A stretch of 64,000 nt of DNA from Candidatus Dormiibacterota bacterium (GTDB lineage: Bacteria; Chloroflexota; Dormibacteria; CF-121), in contig DASYVR010000002.1 in NCBI GenBank assembly GCA_035936995.1, positions 5,311 through 69,310 of the forward strand. Direction: 5' to 3'. Below the pieces are notes generated by a model. The model had not been told where the DNA came from. It saw only the letters and a list, made by a program, of their open reading frames with translations, and did no database searches. Position numbers and translations under genes: made by a program. Positions 54,531-64,000 of this stretch are shown piece by piece; positions within the stretch are counted from its first letter, which is position 1, and each line of letters opens with the position of its first letter.

Positions 54531-55841
54531 ATGAAGGCGATCGACGTGATCCGAGAGAAACGCGATGGCCAGGCGCATTCCGACGAGGCGATCCGGTTCC
54601 TGGTCCATGGCGCAACGGACGGATCCGTGCCGGACTATCAGCTCGCCGCCTGGCTGATGGCGGTTCGGCTGAACGGCATGACGGATCACGAAACGAAGAC
54701 ACTCACCCTGGCCATGGCGGCCAGCGGACGCCAGCTCGATCTCTCGTCGATCCCGGGCCGGAAAGTCGATAAGCACTCCACTGGCGGCGTCGGCGATAAA
54801 GCCACTCTCGTGGTGGCCCCGTTGGTCGCATCCGCGGGCATTCCGGTGGCCAAGCTGTCGGGACGTTCCCTGGGCCACAGTGGCGGCACGCTCGACAAGC
54901 TGGAGTCGATCGCGGGCTTTAACGTGAATCTTTCGATCGACCGGTTCATCGATCAAGTCCGGCGCATCGGCATCGCCATCGCTGGCCAGACGTCCGACAT
55001 GGTGCCGGCAGACAAAGTCTTTTACGCGTTGCGCGACGCGACGGCAACCGTCGATTCGGTGCCGCTGATCGCCAGCAGTGTGATGAGCAAGAAGCTCGCC
55101 GCCGGCGCCGACGCCATCCTGCTCGACGTCAAGTGCGGCCGGGGTGCCTTCGTGGCGACGCTCGCCGGAGCCGAGGCGCTGGCTCGAGCCCTGGTGGCGA
55201 TCGGGCAAAACGCGGGACGCGAGACGGTGGCCTACATCACCGACATGGAGCAGCCGCTCGGCCGCGCCGTCGGCAACGCACTCGAAGTCCGCGAAGCCAT
55301 CGACACCCTCGCCGGCCATGGCCCGGCTGATCTGACGGAACTAAGCCTGCGATTCGGCGACGAGATGCTACGGCTGGCCGGGGCCAGGCCGGTCGACCTC
55401 CGGGCAAAGCTTCACGACGGCAGCGCTTTACGCAAGTTCGCGCAACTGGTCGAGGCGCAATCCGGCGATCCCCGGGTGGTCGACGACCCATCGCGGCTGC
55501 CGGCTGCTCCCGTTCAATTGCCTGTCCATGCTGGGGCCAGTGGCTCCGTCGCCGCCATCGATGCCCTCGAGATCGCCCTGGTAGGCAAATCGCTGGGGGC
55601 CGGCCGCGACCGGAAGGACGCAGCGATTGATCTCGCCGTGGGCATCGTGCTGCATAAGAAAGTCGGTGATGCGGTCCAGCAGGGCGAGCCAATAGCGACC
55701 GTGCATGCCCGAGCCGACCACGCGGCCCTGCAGGTTGCGCCCCGCGTTGCGGCGGCGTTCCGCGTCACCGGGTCCGCCAGGCCTCGACCGCTTCTGTTGC
55801 GACGCGTTACCAGTTCGGGCATCGAGCGGCTGGCCACGTAA
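54531..55841 (+). CDS. pdp: Pyrimidine-nucleoside (thymidine) phosphorylase
   Basis: DKHSTGGVGDK, SGRSLGHSGGTLDKLES, SVMSKKLA. Confidence 0.93.
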   Translation: MKAIDVIREKRDGQAHSDEAIRFLVHGATDGSVPDYQLAAWLMAVRLNGMTDHETKTLTLAMAASGRQLDLSSIPGRKVDKHSTGGVGDKATLVVAPLVASAGIPVAKLSGRSLGHSGGTLDKLESIAGFNVNLSIDRFIDQVRRIGIAIAGQTSDMVPADKVFYALRDATATVDSVPLIASSVMSKKLAAGADAILLDVKCGRGAFVATLAGAEALARALVAIGQNAGRETVAYITDMEQPLGRAVGNALEVREAIDTLAGHGPADLTELSLRFGDEMLRLAGARPVDLRAKLHDGSALRKFAQLVEAQSGDPRVVDDPSRLPAAPVQLPVHAGASGSVAAIDALEIALVGKSLGAGRDRKDAAIDLAVGIVLHKKVGDAVQQGEPIATVHARADHAALQVAPRVAAAFRVTGSARPRPLLLRRVTSSGIERLAT

Positions 55842-55876
55842 CGCTTCGCGCAATCCGAGCAGTCGATGCTGGTCTC

Positions 55877-56332
55877 ATGCGAAGCACGAAATCAGGCCAG
55901 TCGACGCTGCTGGTGGCTGCGGCCATCTCGCTCGTGTTCGCCATCGGCGTGGCGGGGCTGCAGGCGGTTGGCTTCGGTCTTCGCTCGTTGCAGCTGCACG
56001 AGGCCGCCGTGGCAGGAGCTCGCACCATGGCGCACGGGCTGCCCGTTGGGGATCCGGGTGCCGTCCCCTGCTGGGAGGCGAGCGACGGCCTGCTGCGCCC
56101 CGCCGCCTACTCTGAAACCGAGGTCTGCCGCGCCGTCGTCTCCAACATGGGCGGTCTTGATCCCCGCCAGGCATCGGTCCGGGTCAGGCAGGCCGGCATG
56201 GATCTGGCTGGTAACCCAACACGATTCACGGTGACCATCAGCTACCACGAGCCCGTCGGCTCACCGCTGCTGCGCGTGTTCGTTGGCGAGAGCTTCGTAT
56301 CGACCAGCGACGCCACGTATTCGATCTACTAA
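55877..56332 (+). CDS. TadE-like/pilin-like protein
   Basis: KSG|QSTLLV + TM + EAA.AGAR. Confidence 0.55.
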   Translation: MRSTKSGQSTLLVAAAISLVFAIGVAGLQAVGFGLRSLQLHEAAVAGARTMAHGLPVGDPGAVPCWEASDGLLRPAAYSETEVCRAVVSNMGGLDPRQASVRVRQAGMDLAGNPTRFTVTISYHEPVGSPLLRVFVGESFVSTSDATYSIY

Positions 56333-56344
56333 ACTCACCTCGCC

Positions 56345-57100
56345 ATGGGGGAGTTGCAGTACCACATCCGCTGCAAGCCGGGCGACGTCGGCGACGTCGT
56401 CCTTCTCCCTGGCGATCCCGGTCGGGTGGAATCGATCGCAAAACTGCTCGAAAGACCTCGGCTGATTGCCCGCAACCGCGAGTACACCACCTACACCGGC
56501 GAGCTCGATGGCCGCGCGGTCTCGGTCTGCTCAACCGGGATTGGCTCACCGTCGACGGCGATCGCCGTCGAGGAGCTGGCCGCCATCGGTGCGACGACGT
56601 TTATTCGTGTGGGCACCACCGGCTCGATCCAAAGCGAGGTTCGTTTCTCAGACCTGGTGATCGCGACGGGGGCCGTGCGCGACGAGGGTACGACCCCCGG
56701 CTACGTGCCAATCAGCTATCCCGCCGTGGCCGACTTTGAACTCGTCTCCGCCATGGTCGCCGCCGCGCGTGGGGCGAACCTCCGCGCCCATGTCGGGATC
56801 GTGCGCAGCCACGATTCGCTCTACACGGATCTGCACGCCGCGATGCAACCCCGGCGCGAGGAGCTGGAGCAGGCGCTGCGAGTCTGGCAACGGTCGCAGG
56901 TGCTCTGCAACGACATGGAGACCTCGGCGATCTTCGTGATCGCTGCGGTGCGGCGCCTGCGCGGGGGATCGGTCCTGACTGTCGTCAACGATCCTGGCGA
57001 AGACGCGATCGACCCGGCGCGGGTCGCGGCGCTCGACCTGACGCCGATGTTCAGGGTGGCCCTGGGCGCCGTCCACCAGCTACCGCCGCTCAAGGCCTGA
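56345..57100 (+). CDS. udp: Nucleoside (uridine) phosphorylase
   Basis: LLPGDPGR, NREY, STGIG.PS, RVGTTG, DME. Confidence 0.85.
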   Translation: MGELQYHIRCKPGDVGDVVLLPGDPGRVESIAKLLERPRLIARNREYTTYTGELDGRAVSVCSTGIGSPSTAIAVEELAAIGATTFIRVGTTGSIQSEVRFSDLVIATGAVRDEGTTPGYVPISYPAVADFELVSAMVAAARGANLRAHVGIVRSHDSLYTDLHAAMQPRREELEQALRVWQRSQVLCNDMETSAIFVIAAVRRLRGGSVLTVVNDPGEDAIDPARVAALDLTPMFRVALGAVHQLPPLKA

Positions 57101-57102
57101 CC

Positions 57103-57534
57103 ATGGACGTTGGCGAGACCGTCAGCGTCCGGTCCGCAGATGCATGGCGACGCTGGCTGGCCAGGCATCATCAAGACAAGAAAGAAATCTGGCTGATTTA
57201 TTACAAGAAGACATCGCGCAAGTCGGGCATCAGCTACGAAGACTCTGTCCAGGAGGCCCTGGCCTACGGCTGGATCGACGGCCAGACGAAGTCGATCGAC
57301 GACGCGACCTACGCGGGCCGGTTCACGCCACGCAAGCCAAACAGCAACTGGTCGGCCTCGAACATCGCGCGCATCAAGAAGCTCCTCGCCGAGGGCCGCA
57401 TGGCTGAGCCCGGCCTGGCCCTGCTCCCGCAAAGCCTGCGGCCTACCGGGAAGAATTCCCTCCCCCTGCGAGGGAGGGCCAGGACTGGCGATCCCCTCCC
57501 CGTCCGGGGGAGGGCCAGGGAGGGAGCTTCATGA
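57103..57534 (+). CDS. YdeI/OmpD-associated family protein with a repeat-derived tail
   Basis: WR.WL, EAL.YGWID, RFTPRK..S.WS..N. Confidence 0.85.
   Translation: MDVGETVSVRSADAWRRWLARHHQDKKEIWLIYYKKTSRKSGISYEDSVQEALAYGWIDGQTKSIDDATYAGRFTPRKPNSNWSASNIARIKKLLAEGRMAEPGLALLPQSLRPTGKNSLPLRGRARTGDPLPVRGRAREGAS
57456..57524 (+). repeat. Two tandem hairpin/G-tract repeats in the YdeI C-terminus
   Basis: TTCCCTCCCCCTGCGAGGGAGGGCCAGG ... CCCCTCCCCGTCCGGGGGAGGGCCAGGGAGGG. Confidence 0.85.
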
Positions 57535-58151
57535 CCCTGCATCTTGTCGAGCATCCCCTCGTGGCGCACTACCTGACTCGTTTGCGCGACCGGGAGACGA
57601 CCCCCGATGAGTTTCGCGAAGCCTCGGACAAGATCATCACGTTGTTGCTCTACGAGGCGACTCGCGACCTGCGCACCCGGACGTTTCGGATGCACACACC
57701 CCTCGAAGAGACCGACGGCTATGCTATCGGCGACCGGGTGGTCGCGGTCCCCATCCTGCGGGCCGGCCTTGGGCTGCTCGGGCCGGTGCTCGAGCTGCTG
57801 CCCCACGTGACGGTCGGCTACATCGGCTTGGAGCGCGATGAGCGGACGGCGATTGCCTCCCGCTACTATGTCAAGCTGCCGCCGGATATCGCCGGTAAAG
57901 CCGTCATGATCCTGGACCCGATGCTGGCGACCGGTGGCACGGCGACCAAAGCGGTCGAGATCATGAAGGAATACCAGCCGGCAAGCGTTCGCCTAGTGTG
58001 CGTCGTGGCGGCTCCCGAGGGGATCGAGGCGCTGGAGGCAGCGCACCCGGACGTGCAGATTTTCGCGGCGGCGCGGGATCGCCAGCTGAACGTCCAGAAA
58101 TACATTCTGCCCGGGCTGGGCGACTACGGCGATCGCCTCTTCGGTACCTGA
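57531..58151 (+). CDS. upp: Uracil phosphoribosyltransferase
   Basis: PILRAG, DPMLATGG, YILPGLGDYGDRLFGT. Confidence 0.96.
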   Translation: MTLHLVEHPLVAHYLTRLRDRETTPDEFREASDKIITLLLYEATRDLRTRTFRMHTPLEETDGYAIGDRVVAVPILRAGLGLLGPVLELLPHVTVGYIGLERDERTAIASRYYVKLPPDIAGKAVMILDPMLATGGTATKAVEIMKEYQPASVRLVCVVAAPEGIEALEAAHPDVQIFAAARDRQLNVQKYILPGLGDYGDRLFGT

Positions 58152-59167
58152 CGGCCGCTGTCCTGATTCTTGTCGTCTGCCTGTTGCTGTTGGTGCAGGC
58201 CGGCGCCAGTGGGACCCGTCCGAAGCCAGCCACCGCCGCCACAACGGCCACGACCGCCACGTCCAGCTGCGTCAAGAAATTTTCCATCGGCTTCGTGGCC
58301 GATGTCGCCGGCCTCAATTCCCGCGCTGACGCCGCCGCCTGGCAGGGCGTTGGCGAGGCGCTGCGCCACCGTCCTTGCGCCCACGCGTACCTGGCGATCC
58401 CGACCCGCCCATCTCAGTACGGTCAGGTCCTTCAGGCCTACGCCGGATATGACATCGTGATCGCCGGCAGCTTCTTACTGACCAGCGCCGTCGTCGACGC
58501 GGCGCGAGCCAATCCAGACACGCACTTCCTGCTCGTCGACCCGATCGTCGCTCCCGCGGGTCCGGCCAATCTGGCCGTGCTGACGTTTCGGGACGACCAG
58601 GCAGCCTATCTCGCTGGCGCGCTGGCCGGCATGGTGACAAAGACCGGGGTCATCGCCGGCGTCTACGGACCCGGCGGCGCGCCTGATCAGCGCGATCGCA
58701 CCGGCTTCGAGCACGGCGCCCTGTACGTCAGACCCGGCGTCCGGGTGCTCGGCGCTTACCAGCCGGCGGCAGACGGCCGGCCGTATGACAATCCGGCTTG
58801 GGGCGCGGCGCAAGCCCGGGCATTTGTCCAACTGGGCGCGGACGTGATCTTTGGGACCGGCGGCACGACCGGGCAGGGGGCATTGCTGGGCGCGGCCCAA
58901 GCGGGGAGCCTCTGCATCGGCGCCGAGGTCGACTCGTCGCTGGACCCAGCCGCCAGATCTTGCCTGCTGGCCAGCAGCATGAAATTCATCGATCGCGGCG
59001 TCGCCTTGACGGTCGCCGATGCGGCCGCCGGCCACTGGGCTGGCGGCGTCCATGCGGTCGGCCTGGCGGAAGGCGCCGTCGAGCTCGGTTCGCTCCGGCG
59101 CGAGTTGTTGCCCGGGCAACTGGAACGGTTACAAACGATCGCCGGCCTGCTGGCCGCCGGGTCTTAA
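58148..59167 (+). CDS. BMP-family ABC substrate-binding protein (divergent; probable CTG start)
   Basis: AYLAGALAG.VTKTG.I, GADVIF, IG.E.D motifs. Confidence 0.75.
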   Translation: MTAAVLILVVCLLLLVQAGASGTRPKPATAATTATTATSSCVKKFSIGFVADVAGLNSRADAAAWQGVGEALRHRPCAHAYLAIPTRPSQYGQVLQAYAGYDIVIAGSFLLTSAVVDAARANPDTHFLLVDPIVAPAGPANLAVLTFRDDQAAYLAGALAGMVTKTGVIAGVYGPGGAPDQRDRTGFEHGALYVRPGVRVLGAYQPAADGRPYDNPAWGAAQARAFVQLGADVIFGTGGTTGQGALLGAAQAGSLCIGAEVDSSLDPAARSCLLASSMKFIDRGVALTVADAAAGHWAGGVHAVGLAEGAVELGSLRRELLPGQLERLQTIAGLLAAGS

Positions 59168-59269
59168 CGACCGGTGCCTGACCGGCCCCTGACCCGAAGA
59201 TTTACCAAGAATTAGGTGCTACAATCGCCCGGAATCGCGGGGTCTCACTACCTGTGAAGGGGAGGACGT

Positions 59270-60442
59270 ATGACGAAGCAACCCGTTCGTTTCCTTAGCC
59301 TTGGAGTCGGTCTGACGCTGTCCACTTTCCTGGCCGCCTGCGGTGGGGGCGGGGGCGGAGGCACAACCGCAAACACGTCTGCGTGCGCCTCGAGTCTCGC
59401 GGCGCAGAACCAATCGACCGGCTCCCAAACAGCCTCTCTGAGGTCCGTGCCGGCCATGCCGAACAGCGTTTCGACGCGCACGCCGGCCGCGCCAAAGGCC
59501 GCGGGAAAGATCAAGGTGGGCCTGGTCACCGACACGGGCGGCCTGAATGACAAGAGCTTCAACCATCTGGCCTATGTCGGCCTGCAAAAGGCGATCAGCG
59601 ACCTCGGCATTCAGGGCGATGTCGTCGAGTCGAAGAGCGGCGACGACTATGTGCCGAACCTGACCAACTTCGCCTCCAAGGGTTACGACCTGGTGATTGG
59701 CAACGGGTTCCTGATGCAGCCCCCCATCGGCGCGGTGTCCGGCCAGTTCCCGAACGTTCATTTCGCGATCGTGGATGGCCATGGCACGGATAAGAACTTC
59801 GCCGATCTCAAGCATTCGAACGTCCAGGCCTTGCTCTTCAAGGAGCAGGAGTCGGGTGCGCTCGTCGGCCTGATCGCTGGCATGCTGGAGAAGCAAGGCA
59901 AGACGGCGACTAAGCAGCACGTGATTGGTGCGGTCGGCGGCATCAGCATCCCGCCGGTCAACCACTACATTGCCGGCTACAAGTGGGCGGCCTGCCGAGC
60001 CGACAACTCGATCAACGTCCTCGTCGGCTATTCCAACGACTTCAACAACACCGCCGCGTGCCGCGGCGTCGCCAACAGCCAGATCGGGCGGGGGGCCGAC
60101 GTGGTCTTCCAGGTTGCCGGTGGCTGTGGGCTTGGGGCGCTGCAGGCAGCCGGCCAGTCGAAGGTCTACAGCATCGGCGTGGACGCCGACCAGAAAGATG
60201 CCGATCCGTCGGTGATCGTCAGCGCACTCAAGAAAGTCGATAGCGCGGTCTTCAATTCGATCAAGAGCGTCAGCACCGGTACGTTCCAGGGTGGCGAGAC
60301 CATTTTCAGCCTGAAGAACGACTCGACCGGTTACCAGGTCGATAATTTGACACTGCCTTCAGATATCGCGGCGGCCGCCGATGACCTGGCCGCCAAGATG
60401 AAGGCCGGGACCATCACACCGCCAGCCGATATTCCGAAGTAG
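59270..60442 (+). CDS. BMP-family nucleoside-binding lipoprotein
   Basis: Lipobox LAAC; TDTGGLNDKSFN, GADVVFQVAG, IGVDADQ. Confidence 0.93.
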   Translation: MTKQPVRFLSLGVGLTLSTFLAACGGGGGGGTTANTSACASSLAAQNQSTGSQTASLRSVPAMPNSVSTRTPAAPKAAGKIKVGLVTDTGGLNDKSFNHLAYVGLQKAISDLGIQGDVVESKSGDDYVPNLTNFASKGYDLVIGNGFLMQPPIGAVSGQFPNVHFAIVDGHGTDKNFADLKHSNVQALLFKEQESGALVGLIAGMLEKQGKTATKQHVIGAVGGISIPPVNHYIAGYKWAACRADNSINVLVGYSNDFNNTAACRGVANSQIGRGADVVFQVAGGCGLGALQAAGQSKVYSIGVDADQKDADPSVIVSALKKVDSAVFNSIKSVSTGTFQGGETIFSLKNDSTGYQVDNLTLPSDIAAAADDLAAKMKAGTITPPADIPK

Positions 60443-60458
60443 GCTGAAGCATGATATA

Positions 60459-60488
60459 AGGAGCGGGTCGCCCGTGCGATCCGCTCCT
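60459..60488 (+). terminator. Intergenic stem-loop after the binding-protein gene
   Basis: AGGAGCGGGTCGC-CCGT-GCGATCCGCTCCT; weak U-tail. Confidence 0.6.
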
Positions 60489-60505
60489 AATTCGCTGGAG
60501 ATGAC

Positions 60506-61693
60506 GTGGTGCGCCTAGCCCGGACGCTTGCCCTCCCGGTCGGCTCCCTGATCTTCGCGTTCCTCGTCGGAGGGATCATCGTGGCCCTGACGGGTGGTGA
60601 CCCCTTCCGGGCCTACCGCAGCTTGGCGTGCGGCGGCTTCGGCATCCTCTGCTTTCGTGGGGAAAACACTGCCCTGCAGATCTCCAACACGATCATCTTC
60701 CTCACGCCGCTGATCATGACCGGGGTGGCCGTCGCCCTCGCCTTCCGAGGCGGCTTGTTCAATATCGGTGCTGAAGGTCAGCTGATTGCGGGCGCGATTG
60801 CCTGCACCTTCGTCGGCATCCAGCTGTCGAGCTGGCCGGCGCCGATTCTCCTGCCGCTGGTCTTGATCGTCGGCGCGCTGGCCGGGGCGGCGTGGGGTGG
60901 AATCGTGGGTGTGCTCAAAGCGGTCACCGGCGCCCACGAAGTCGTGACGACCATCATGCTCAACTACGTCGCCCAGTGGTCGCTGCGTTTTCTCATCATT
61001 GGCGGTCCCCTGCAGGCGCCGAACGGCTTCTCCGCCTCTTCACCAATCGGTACGGGCGCACAGCTCGCGACCTTGCTGCCGCAGGAAGGCGGGAGGATCT
61101 TCGGCCTGCCCTCCAGCGTCTACGGTGCCCATGTCGGTGTCTTCATCGCGCTGCTGGCGGCGGCCGCGTATGCGTTTCTGCTTTGGCGGACGTCGCTTGG
61201 CTACGAGATTCGGGCGGTCGGCCAGAGCCAGCGCGCCGCGCGTTATGCCGGCGTCAGCGTCCGCCGCACCATCATCGTGACCATGCTCATCTCGGGCGCC
61301 TTTGCCGGCCTGGCCGGCGCGGTCCAGGTCGCCGGCGTCGACCACAACCTGACGGATAAGTACTTCGTCGACACCACTGGTTTCGACGCGATTGCCGTGG
61401 CGCTCCTGGGGCTGACCACCGCCGTGGGCATCGTCCTCGCCGCCATCCTCTTCGGGGCCCTGCACGCCGGCAGCGCGGTCATGCAGAGTGACGCTGGCAT
61501 TTCGTCCAGCCTGGTGCTCGTGCTGCAGGCGCTGATCCTATTCAGCATCGCGGCCAATTTCCTCGGCGCGATCAAGCTTCGCCTTCCGGCCATCGGGCGG
61601 ACGCCGGCCACACCGGACGCTGGGGCCTCCGCCATCGCCCCAGCCACTGAGGCCGACACGACGCTCGCCGCCGATACGGAGAGCACGGCGTGA
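60506..61693 (+). CDS. Nucleoside ABC transporter permease
   Basis: GLFNIGAEGQ, EVVTTIMLNY, GFDAIAVALLG. Confidence 0.92.
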   Translation: MVRLARTLALPVGSLIFAFLVGGIIVALTGGDPFRAYRSLACGGFGILCFRGENTALQISNTIIFLTPLIMTGVAVALAFRGGLFNIGAEGQLIAGAIACTFVGIQLSSWPAPILLPLVLIVGALAGAAWGGIVGVLKAVTGAHEVVTTIMLNYVAQWSLRFLIIGGPLQAPNGFSASSPIGTGAQLATLLPQEGGRIFGLPSSVYGAHVGVFIALLAAAAYAFLLWRTSLGYEIRAVGQSQRAARYAGVSVRRTIIVTMLISGAFAGLAGAVQVAGVDHNLTDKYFVDTTGFDAIAVALLGLTTAVGIVLAAILFGALHAGSAVMQSDAGISSSLVLVLQALILFSIAANFLGAIKLRLPAIGRTPATPDAGASAIAPATEADTTLAADTESTA

Positions 61694-62640
61694 GCTTCCT
61701 CGGAGACATCGGCGGGCTGCTTCTCACGGCCGACCTCTGGCACGCCACGCTGGAGGCCGCCGTCCTACTGCTGCTGCCGGCCCTGGGCGGGGTGATCTCC
61801 GAGCGCAGCGGCGTCGTCAACATTGCCATGGAGGGGATGATGCTCACGGGAGCATTTTTTGCCGTTGTCGCGACGCTCGCCTGGCATAACCCCTGGCTGG
61901 GCACCCTGGTGGCCGTGCTCGCAGGCGGCCTGATCGCCTTAATTCACGCCATCGTCTCGATCCGTTTCCGCGCCGACCAGATCGTGAGTGGCGTCGCGAT
62001 CAACATCTTCGCCGCGGGGTTGACCGTCTTCCTGGTGAACCGGATCTATGGCCTCCAGGACGTCGGCCATGTCGCTCCCTCCGCGCTGCTGCCGAACCTG
62101 ACCATTCCGATTTTGAACAGTATTCCGTTCCTGGGACGCGTGCTCTTCCAGCAAAACGTGATGGTCTACGTCGCTCTCGTCCTCCTGCTTGTGACTCATG
62201 TCGTGCTATTTCGGACGCGGCTGGGACTGCGGGTCCGGGCGGTCGGCGAGCGTCCGCAGGCCGCCGACACGGCGGGGATCAACGTTTTCCGAGTCCGCTA
62301 CGCCGCGGTCGTCACCAGCGGTATGCTCTCCGGGCTCTCGGGCGCCTTCCTGGCGATCGGCATCTCGAACACGTTCGTGCCGAACATGACCAGCGGCCGT
62401 GGCTACATCGCGCTGGCCGCCATGATCTTCGGCAAGTGGACGCCCTTCGGCGCCTTCGTGGCCTGCCTGATTTTCGGCCTGGGCCAGGCGATCTATGACA
62501 ACAATTCCATCATCAGCGTGTCGCCGTACCTGCTCAGCATGCTGCCCTATATCTTGGTTCTGGTCGTGCTGGCCACCATCGTGCGTCGCAGCAGCCCGCC
62601 GGCGGCGGACGGCATTCCGTATGTACCCGGTGCTGAATGA
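61690..62640 (+). CDS. Nucleoside ABC transporter permease
   Basis: SERSGVVNIAMEG, GRGYIALAAMIFGKW. Confidence 0.92.
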   Translation: MSFLGDIGGLLLTADLWHATLEAAVLLLLPALGGVISERSGVVNIAMEGMMLTGAFFAVVATLAWHNPWLGTLVAVLAGGLIALIHAIVSIRFRADQIVSGVAINIFAAGLTVFLVNRIYGLQDVGHVAPSALLPNLTIPILNSIPFLGRVLFQQNVMVYVALVLLLVTHVVLFRTRLGLRVRAVGERPQAADTAGINVFRVRYAAVVTSGMLSGLSGAFLAIGISNTFVPNMTSGRGYIALAAMIFGKWTPFGAFVACLIFGLGQAIYDNNSIISVSPYLLSMLPYILVLVVLATIVRRSSPPAADGIPYVPGAE

Positions 62641-64000
62641 TGCCCACGCCACCTGCGGCCGCGGGACAGTCCATGAGTGAGCCGCTGTTGGCCGTCGAGA
62701 TGCGCAGCGTCACGAAGATCTTTCCGGGCGTCGTCGCGAACGATCACGTCGACTTCCAGGTCCGCCAGGGCGAGATCCACGCGATCGTCGGTGAGAATGG
62801 CGCCGGCAAGACTACGCTGATGAATGTTCTCTACGGGCTGATCCACGCCGACACGGGCGAGATCCTGATCGAGGGCAAGCCGGCCCATATCCAGGGCCCG
62901 CGCGACGCCATCAAGCACGGGATCGGCATGGTGCATCAACACTTCATGCTGATCCCGGTCTTCACCGTCGGCGAGAATGTTGTTCTCGGCCACGAGCCGG
63001 TGACGCCCGGCGGCTTCTACGACCACGCGCAAGCGCGGACCGCGATCACGGACCTGACGCGCCGCTACGGCCTTGCGCTCGACCCCGACGCCCGGGTCGG
63101 TGACCTGCCGGTCGGCCTGCAGCAACGCGTCGAGATCGTCAAGGTCCTGTACCGGGGGGCGAGGATCTTGATCCTTGATGAGCCTACCGGCGTCCTGACG
63201 CCGCAGGAGTCGATGGAGCTATTCCGCGTCCTCCGCGACCTGGTCGGCGGCGGCAAGACGATTATTTTTATCTCGCACAAGCTAAAAGAAGTGCTCGAGA
63301 TCTCGGATCGCATTACCGTCATGCGCCGCGGCAGGGTCGTGGGCCACCTGGTCACCAAAGACACCGACGAGGCCGCGATCGCCCGTCTGATGGTCGGCCG
63401 CGAGGTGCTGCTCCGTGTCGAAAAGGCGCCCGCCAAGCCCGGGCCATCGGCTTTGCGGGTCGAGAATCTGACGGCGAATTCGGACCGGGGCGTGGCCGCG
63501 CTGCGCGGCGTGTCCTTCGACGTTCATCAGGGCGAGATCCTCGGCATCGCCGGGGTGGAGGGCAACGGGCAGAGCGAGCTGGTCGAAACCCTCGCCGGCA
63601 CCCGCCACGCGGCCGGTGGCAAGATCTTTTTGGGCGAGCGTGAAGTCAGTGCCCTGAACGCCGCCGCCATCCGGCTGGCGGGAGTGAGCCATATCCCGGA
63701 AGACCGTCGCGGCGCGGGACTGGTGCTGAATTATTCCGTCTCCGACAACTTGATCCTGGGCCGGGAGCGCACGCCATTGTTCTCCTGGCACGGGTTGATC
63801 CTGCGTCTCAAGGCGATCTTCAAGTGGGCGCAAAGATTGATCAAAGAATTTGACATCAGGACACCGAGCGCGGCGACCGCGGCCCGAACGCTCTCGGGCG
63901 GCAACCAGCAGAAGATCATCATCGCGCGGGAGATGGCGACCCAGCCGCGCGTGCTGCTGGCTGCCCAGCCGACCCGCGGCGTCGACATCGGCGCCATCGA
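62637..64000 (+). CDS. Nucleoside ABC transporter ATP-binding protein (3' end outside window; not in the ORF track)
   Basis: VTKIFPGVVAND, GENGAGKTT, LDEPTG, LSGGNQQK, QPTRGVDIGA. Confidence 0.93.
   Translation, partial: MMPTPPAAAGQSMSEPLLAVEMRSVTKIFPGVVANDHVDFQVRQGEIHAIVGENGAGKTTLMNVLYGLIHADTGEILIEGKPAHIQGPRDAIKHGIGMVHQHFMLIPVFTVGENVVLGHEPVTPGGFYDHAQARTAITDLTRRYGLALDPDARVGDLPVGLQQRVEIVKVLYRGARILILDEPTGVLTPQESMELFRVLRDLVGGGKTIIFISHKLKEVLEISDRITVMRRGRVVGHLVTKDTDEAAIARLMVGREVLLRVEKAPAKPGPSALRVENLTANSDRGVAALRGVSFDVHQGEILGIAGVEGNGQSELVETLAGTRHAAGGKIFLGEREVSALNAAAIRLAGVSHIPEDRRGAGLVLNYSVSDNLILGRERTPLFSWHGLILRLKAIFKWAQRLIKEFDIRTPSAATAARTLSGGNQQKIIIAREMATQPRVLLAAQPTRGVDIGAI

Overview
GC-rich bacterial chromosomal window, probably from a monoderm soil lineage. 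A large Alu-type SRP RNA, GAAC-N4-GTTC-like boxes and an LAxTG sorting signal fit Chloroflexota/Ca. Dormibacterota-like organisms; this placement is inference. The window holds about 65 genes: ada-alkA/ogt, pepN, xfp-ackA, an ECF sigma/anti-sigma module, two-component and c-di-GMP signalling genes, a divergent paaA-D-B-C-like diiron cluster, Tad minor pilins and a pyrimidine-nucleoside salvage/ABC operon. Main observations: (1) two homologous copies of an unrecognised structured minus-strand ncRNA (44387-44562 and 50463-50709), with compensatory stems, GNRA loops, identically spaced sigma70-type promoters and tandem LexA-like boxes; (2) a family of about 15 same-strand hairpin/G-tract repeats that enter genes in frame, flank a tandem PD-(D/E)XK-like gene, and were hit in the loop by an IS1380-family element that splits a small zinc-ribbon gene; (3) an ECF promoter motif readable directly from the sequence; (4) two probable CTG starts in CTGA overlaps. 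No database searches were run; all calls come from motif recognition.
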